Of a DNA stretch of 64,000 nucleotides, positions 59,813 to 64,000 are shown in pieces (the stretch's first letter is position 1; every line of letters begins with the position of its first letter). The stretch is from contig OZ244855.1 of assembly GCA_965220975.1 (NCBI GenBank), positions 1,390,730 to 1,454,729 of the forward strand, written 5' to 3'. The position numbers and the translations under genes were made by a program. This stretch comes from Candidatus Poriferihabitans sp. GTDB lineage: Bacteria; Pseudomonadota; Gammaproteobacteria; Arenicellales; Poriferihabitantaceae. The notes under the pieces are model-generated. The model saw nothing but the letters and a program-made list of their open reading frames with translations. It did no database searches and was not told where the DNA came from.

Positions 59813-62777
59813 AGGCCTCTAGACCGGATATTTCACGCCCCTCAGCCTGTTTTCTCAAAAATGGAGCCAGTTGCTCCATGAATGCTTTCTCTTTTTGCAC
59901 GCGTTCCTTCCAACCAAAATTCAGAGGCGCAAACAGCTCGGTAAGTTTCTGACCATCAAAAATAAAGCGATCCAAAATATCATCCACAAAATCCTGCAAG
60001 ACACCATCTGCAAATCCATAACTTGATCCAAGTGCGACCAGTTCATTGTTTGATTTTTGCTTCTTGAACTTAGCGAAGCCCTCACGGATTTCCAGTTCAC
60101 TCAAACCTTCACCCACAGTAAGCGTGTCAATATAAGCCTCAATATCATCATGCTCGTCCATCAAATTAGCGCTGGACTTGAGCATATTGATTAGTTGAAG
60201 GCGAGTCATCTTTTGCTTATCTGGATCCTGTTCACTGTAACTGGTGATCAACTTCATAATGTAGTCATAGTCCACTAATGTGGAGGAAAACAATATAAGC
60301 TCGAAATCCAGCAACTCCACCTGCTCACTAGTCGACTCTTTTGGCTTTAGACGCTTATATGTTTCGATATACCTACCGTGGAAGCCATCCAGATCATCGG
60401 TGGTAATGATTGTTTCAATATGTTTTTGCTGGTCACTCTCAATATCGGTGTATTGATCAATTTGTTTCTTTAGACGTCGTACCTCTCTGAAATGATTTAT
60501 GAAGCTTATTCGTGCCTCATCTCCCCTCAGGTTGCTGATCTCTTCCGGCTTGAATCCCAAATTCTGATCCTTCATGAAATTTTTGAACTTGTATATTGCT
60601 TCTTCAAATTTCTTGATGACAACCGAGGCTGGTTCTACCAGCCAGATTTCACGAGGAGGACTCTCGTAACTCCCTGAAAAGAGGGAGATCGCTTCGTCAA
60701 CTTCAGATTCAAGGCCGCGAAAATCAAGGATATTTCCAAAAGGTTTGGTTTTGTTAAGGGTGCGATTGGTGCGAGAAAAGGCCTGAATCATGCCATGTTG
60801 CTTGAGGTCTTTATCTACATACAGCACTTTAAGGTATTTTGAGTCAAAGCCGGTTAACAACATGTCAACTACGATCACGATATCAATCTTCTTTTCAAAC
60901 GGCAGTTCCCGATTGCTGTACTTTTGATCTTTTATGCGCTGCTGCACATCTTTGGAATATCGATCAAATTCGGTTAGCTTGTGATCAGTTCCGTAGCGGC
61001 TGTTGTAATCGCTGATTATTGCATCCAGTGCATTCTTCTTTCTCTGCGGGTCCTCCTTGTTATCTGCCCGTTCTTGAGGCAAATCAGCCTGCAATTGCTT
61101 TATATCCCCGTTACCCTCGGCGGGCGGTGAAAATATGCACACTACATTAAAAGGTGTATAACTCCCATCTGTGGTTTTATGCTTATTTTGAATTTCTTCA
61201 AATAATTCATAATACTCAATGGCATCATTGATTGAATCGGTGGCCAGGAACGCATTGAATCGACGATTGTCCGTGACGGAGTCATGTTTATCCAGGATTC
61301 TGTTAATTACATTTTTCTTGACTTTGGTTTCATCAAAACTTGTCTGGCGATCAGTCTTTGTTTCTTGTATGGCTTTTTTCGTAAAGTGGTCAATGTGAAA
61401 ACGTAATACATTGTTGTCGTCAATCGCATTGGCGATCGTGTATTCATGCAGTCTTTTCTGGAAGATGTCTTCTGTTGTGACATGTGAAGCTTTGGTACCG
61501 TCAATACTTTTATAAAGGGCGTTTTGCTCGAATATAGGAGTACCGGTAAAACCAAATAATTGGGCAATGGGGAAGAATTCCCTGATAGTCTTGTGATTCT
61601 CGCCAAATTGGGAACGATGACATTCGTCAAAAATGAATACTATCCGCTTGTCCCGCAATGCATTTAGTCGGTTTTGGTTACCCGGTCTTTTATTTTCATC
61701 GAGTGCCAAACCTAGTTTTTGAATGGTTGTTACAATGATTTTATTCGCATAGTCTTCTGATACAAGACGCTTCACCAGAACATTGGTATTGGTGTTTTCT
61801 TCTACACAGCCTTCTTGAAACTTATTGAATTCATCGCGCGTATGTTTGTCTAAATCTTTTCGGTCAACAACGAACACGCATTTCGCTATACCGGGATTGT
61901 CTTTCAGAAGGGTGGATGCCTTAAAAGAAGTAAGAGTCTTACCGCTACCTGTGGTATGCCAAACATAACCATTACCTCGATTCTGTTGGATGCATTCCAC
62001 AATCGCCTTGACCGCATAAATCTGGTACGGGCGCATTATCATCAGTTCTTGGTCGCTTGCCACCAGTACCATATAGCGGCTGATCATCGTTCCAATATTG
62101 CATTTTTCTAAAAAATTATCTGCAAAATCATGAAGGTGGGTAATTTTTCGGTTATTTACATCTGCATGTTGGTAGATAGGAAGAAAGCGCTCTTCTTCAT
62201 CAAAGCTGAAGTGTTCATCCTTATTGTTCGCGAAATACCAGGTGGTACTACGATTGCTCACAACAAAAATCTGCATAAAGCAAAGTAGAGTATTAGCAAA
62301 TCCATTGCCTGGCTCATTCTTGTACCGGACGATCTGCTTTACTGCTTTGTGCGGGATGATTTTCAACCCTTTAAGTTCGATCTGGACTAATGGCAAGCCA
62401 TTGATTAGCAACGTCACATCATAGCGCTGATAACTTTCATCAGTATTAAGACGAAGCTGATTGACTACTTCATACTCGTTTTTACACCAATCCTTGGTAT
62501 TCACTAGAGTATATTGAAGTGGAGTATCATCGTCACGCCGGAAAGTGTTGTATTCTCGCAATCTCTGCGCCGCGACAAATACATCTGGCGTGATTATTTC
62601 ATTCAGCAAACGAGCAAATTCAGTGTCAGTCAGCTTGACTTTATTCAGGGATTCGAATTTTTTGCGAAAATTGGCTTCGAGGGATATTCTGTCCTTGATA
62701 TCGTCTCTCCTTACATATTTCAACTCGACAAGTTTCTTGATCAATTCGTTTTCAATTTCTTTTTCTTTTATTGACAT
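59805..62777 (-). CDS. hsdR: Type I R-M restriction subunit
   Basis: Nuclease motif RYDVTLLINGLPLVQIELK, WHTTGSGKT, DECHRSQFG, FTGTP, QAFSRTNR; ATG 62777. Confidence 0.96.
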   Translation of the reverse strand: MSIKEKEIENELIKKLVELKYVRRDDIKDRISLEANFRKKFESLNKVKLTDTEFARLLNEIITPDVFVAAQRLREYNTFRRDDDTPLQYTLVNTKDWCKNEYEVVNQLRLNTDESYQRYDVTLLINGLPLVQIELKGLKIIPHKAVKQIVRYKNEPGNGFANTLLCFMQIFVVSNRSTTWYFANNKDEHFSFDEEERFLPIYQHADVNNRKITHLHDFADNFLEKCNIGTMISRYMVLVASDQELMIMRPYQIYAVKAIVECIQQNRGNGYVWHTTGSGKTLTSFKASTLLKDNPGIAKCVFVVDRKDLDKHTRDEFNKFQEGCVEENTNTNVLVKRLVSEDYANKIIVTTIQKLGLALDENKRPGNQNRLNALRDKRIVFIFDECHRSQFGENHKTIREFFPIAQLFGFTGTPIFEQNALYKSIDGTKASHVTTEDIFQKRLHEYTIANAIDDNNVLRFHIDHFTKKAIQETKTDRQTSFDETKVKKNVINRILDKHDSVTDNRRFNAFLATDSINDAIEYYELFEEIQNKHKTTDGSYTPFNVVCIFSPPAEGNGDIKQLQADLPQERADNKEDPQRKKNALDAIISDYNSRYGTDHKLTEFDRYSKDVQQRIKDQKYSNRELPFEKKIDIVIVVDMLLTGFDSKYLKVLYVDKDLKQHGMIQAFSRTNRTLNKTKPFGNILDFRGLESEVDEAISLFSGSYESPPREIWLVEPASVVIKKFEEAIYKFKNFMKDQNLGFKPEEISNLRGDEARISFINHFREVRRLKKQIDQYTDIESDQQKHIETIITTDDLDGFHGRYIETYKRLKPKESTSEQVELLDFELILFSSTLVDYDYIMKLITSYSEQDPDKQKMTRLQLINMLKSSANLMDEHDDIEAYIDTLTVGEGLSELEIREGFAKFKKQKSNNELVALGSSYGFADGVLQDFVDDILDRFIFDGQKLTELFAPLNFGWKERVQKEKAFMEQLAPFLRKQAEGREISGLEAYE

Positions 62778-63402
62778 GTCACCTATCTTGATTTTCAAGA
62801 TCAATAGTTCACTATTGGAGAATCAGGAACAAATTAATCCTTCATAATCATATGATTATTGTTAATATGTAGTTCTTTATGGGTGCGCCTGTTGGGGAAA
62901 CGGTTGAACAGGTCCAACTTTAACAAGGATTGGAAAAATACTACCCTGCAAAACCGTCATAAGCAATCGAAAAATGATCTTCATGCCAGTCTAATGATCT
63001 TCCGACTCTGCTTGCCTCCTTCGGATGGCGCTTGTTATCAAGGGCCCCGTCAATTGGTCTAGCTCAATCCGAATCCAGTTATACGATATGACCAGTCTGG
63101 TAGTTCATCTTGCTCAGTAGTGGGCACTGAAAGCTAGACGGGTTGATCGGAAACTGCTCCATAAAAAATTCTGGATGAAAGCAAAGTTGCCAACTGTTCA
63201 AATCCCGCATCGATCTGGATCTTTGGAAGCTTGGATGTACAATTTTCACGTCCAAGAATTAAGCGCGGGAAACTCAAATTCTGGATTAGGGGATATTCAG
63301 TATATCCGCCAGTTGAGTTTGTATAATATCAATATGACATTTATCAAAACATGAAGAGTACTGTCGACATGACGGTAACTACATAAATCTCTACTCCAAT
63401 CC

Positions 63403-64000
63403 ATGCATATTCTGATAATTGAAGACAACGAAGAAATTGCTGCCTACATCATCAATAATCTGATCGAAACAGGTCATCAGGCCGACCATGCGGAACGCGG
63501 TGATCAAGGTGCAGAAATGGCAATGAACGAAAACTATCATGTACTGGTTGTCGACCGGATGCTGCCGGAAATGGACGGACTGGATTTGATAAGAGGCTTG
63601 CGGGAGAAAGGCAATCAGACTCCTATTTTGATTCTGAGCTCTCTTGGCGATACGGATAACCGTGTGTTGGGATTGAATGCAGGAGGAGATGATTACCTGA
63701 CAAAACCCTTTGCCTTCTCTGAATTGTTGGCCCGACTGCATGCGCTCAACCGGAGAAATCAGTCGCAAACTCAGGAAACGGTTCTGATAGTGGGCAACCT
63801 GAAAATGGATCTTATAACTCGGGAAGTTCGCCGCGATGATAAACTGATCGAACTTGAACCACGCTCTTTCAGTCTTCTGGAATGTTTCATGCGCCATAGC
63901 AACGAGATTGTTACGCGTGAAATGCTGCTATTCCATGTCTGGGACTATAAATTCGATCCTCAAACCAATGTGGTAGATGTGCATGTCAGTCGCTTGCGTA
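63403..64000 (+). CDS. OmpR/CusR-family response regulator, 3'-truncated by the window edge
   Basis: Manual translation: MHILIIEDN..VLVVDRMLPEMDG..DDYLTKPFAFSELLARL..WDYKFDPQTNVVDVHVSRLR; absent from the ORF track because there is no stop. Confidence 0.93.
   Translation, partial: MHILIIEDNEEIAAYIINNLIETGHQADHAERGDQGAEMAMNENYHVLVVDRMLPEMDGLDLIRGLREKGNQTPILILSSLGDTDNRVLGLNAGGDDYLTKPFAFSELLARLHALNRRNQSQTQETVLIVGNLKMDLITREVRRDDKLIELEPRSFSLLECFMRHSNEIVTREMLLFHVWDYKFDPQTNVVDVHVSRLR

Noticed and set aside
63040-63056. GGGCCCCGTCAATT resembling 16S rRNA antisense
   Set aside because: Only 14 nt with no flanking similarity; chance match.
63391-63897. 168-aa minus-strand ORF
   Set aside because: Antisense to a clear OmpR-family regulator on the plus strand.

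Overview
The window is bacterial chromosome, most likely a Gammaproteobacterium (inferred from the thrU-tyrU-glyT-thrT-tuf-trpT-secE order and the absence of infA between secY and rpmJ). Bases 4.1-43.3 kb are core genes on the minus strand: glmM, ftsH, rlmE, then the contiguous alpha/spc/S10/str ribosomal superoperon, rpoBC, rplKAJL, nusG/secE and a second tuf with its tRNAs. This core holds several surprises. (1) tRNA-Thr(UGU) is split by a 265-nt IC3-type group I intron at position 36/37. (2) uS17 carries a ~185-aa N-terminal extension that includes an IF2_N/MerR-like module. (3) uL3 has a ~115-aa acidic tail. (4) The two near-identical tuf genes have extreme G-ending codon bias. Bases 43.4-51.5 kb are a nested mobile-DNA graveyard: an ISNCY pseudogene, an IS256-derived MITE, an orphan AAA ATPase, and a tnpB broken by a frameshift, an IS1595-like MITE and a 1.28-kb cargo cassette. 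The cassette encodes a secreted Cys-containing protein present as two paralogues. They share identical promoter and signal-peptide DNA, have a divergent core, and carry a poly-C tract (C10 in frame, C11 frameshifted) suggestive of phase variation. The window also has queA-tgt, glyA, ogt, tRNA-Leu(CAG), a decayed CdnE-like CD-NTase next to a Type I R-M operon (R-S-M order), and a partial OmpR-family regulator. All alignments and structures were done by eye; no database searches were run.
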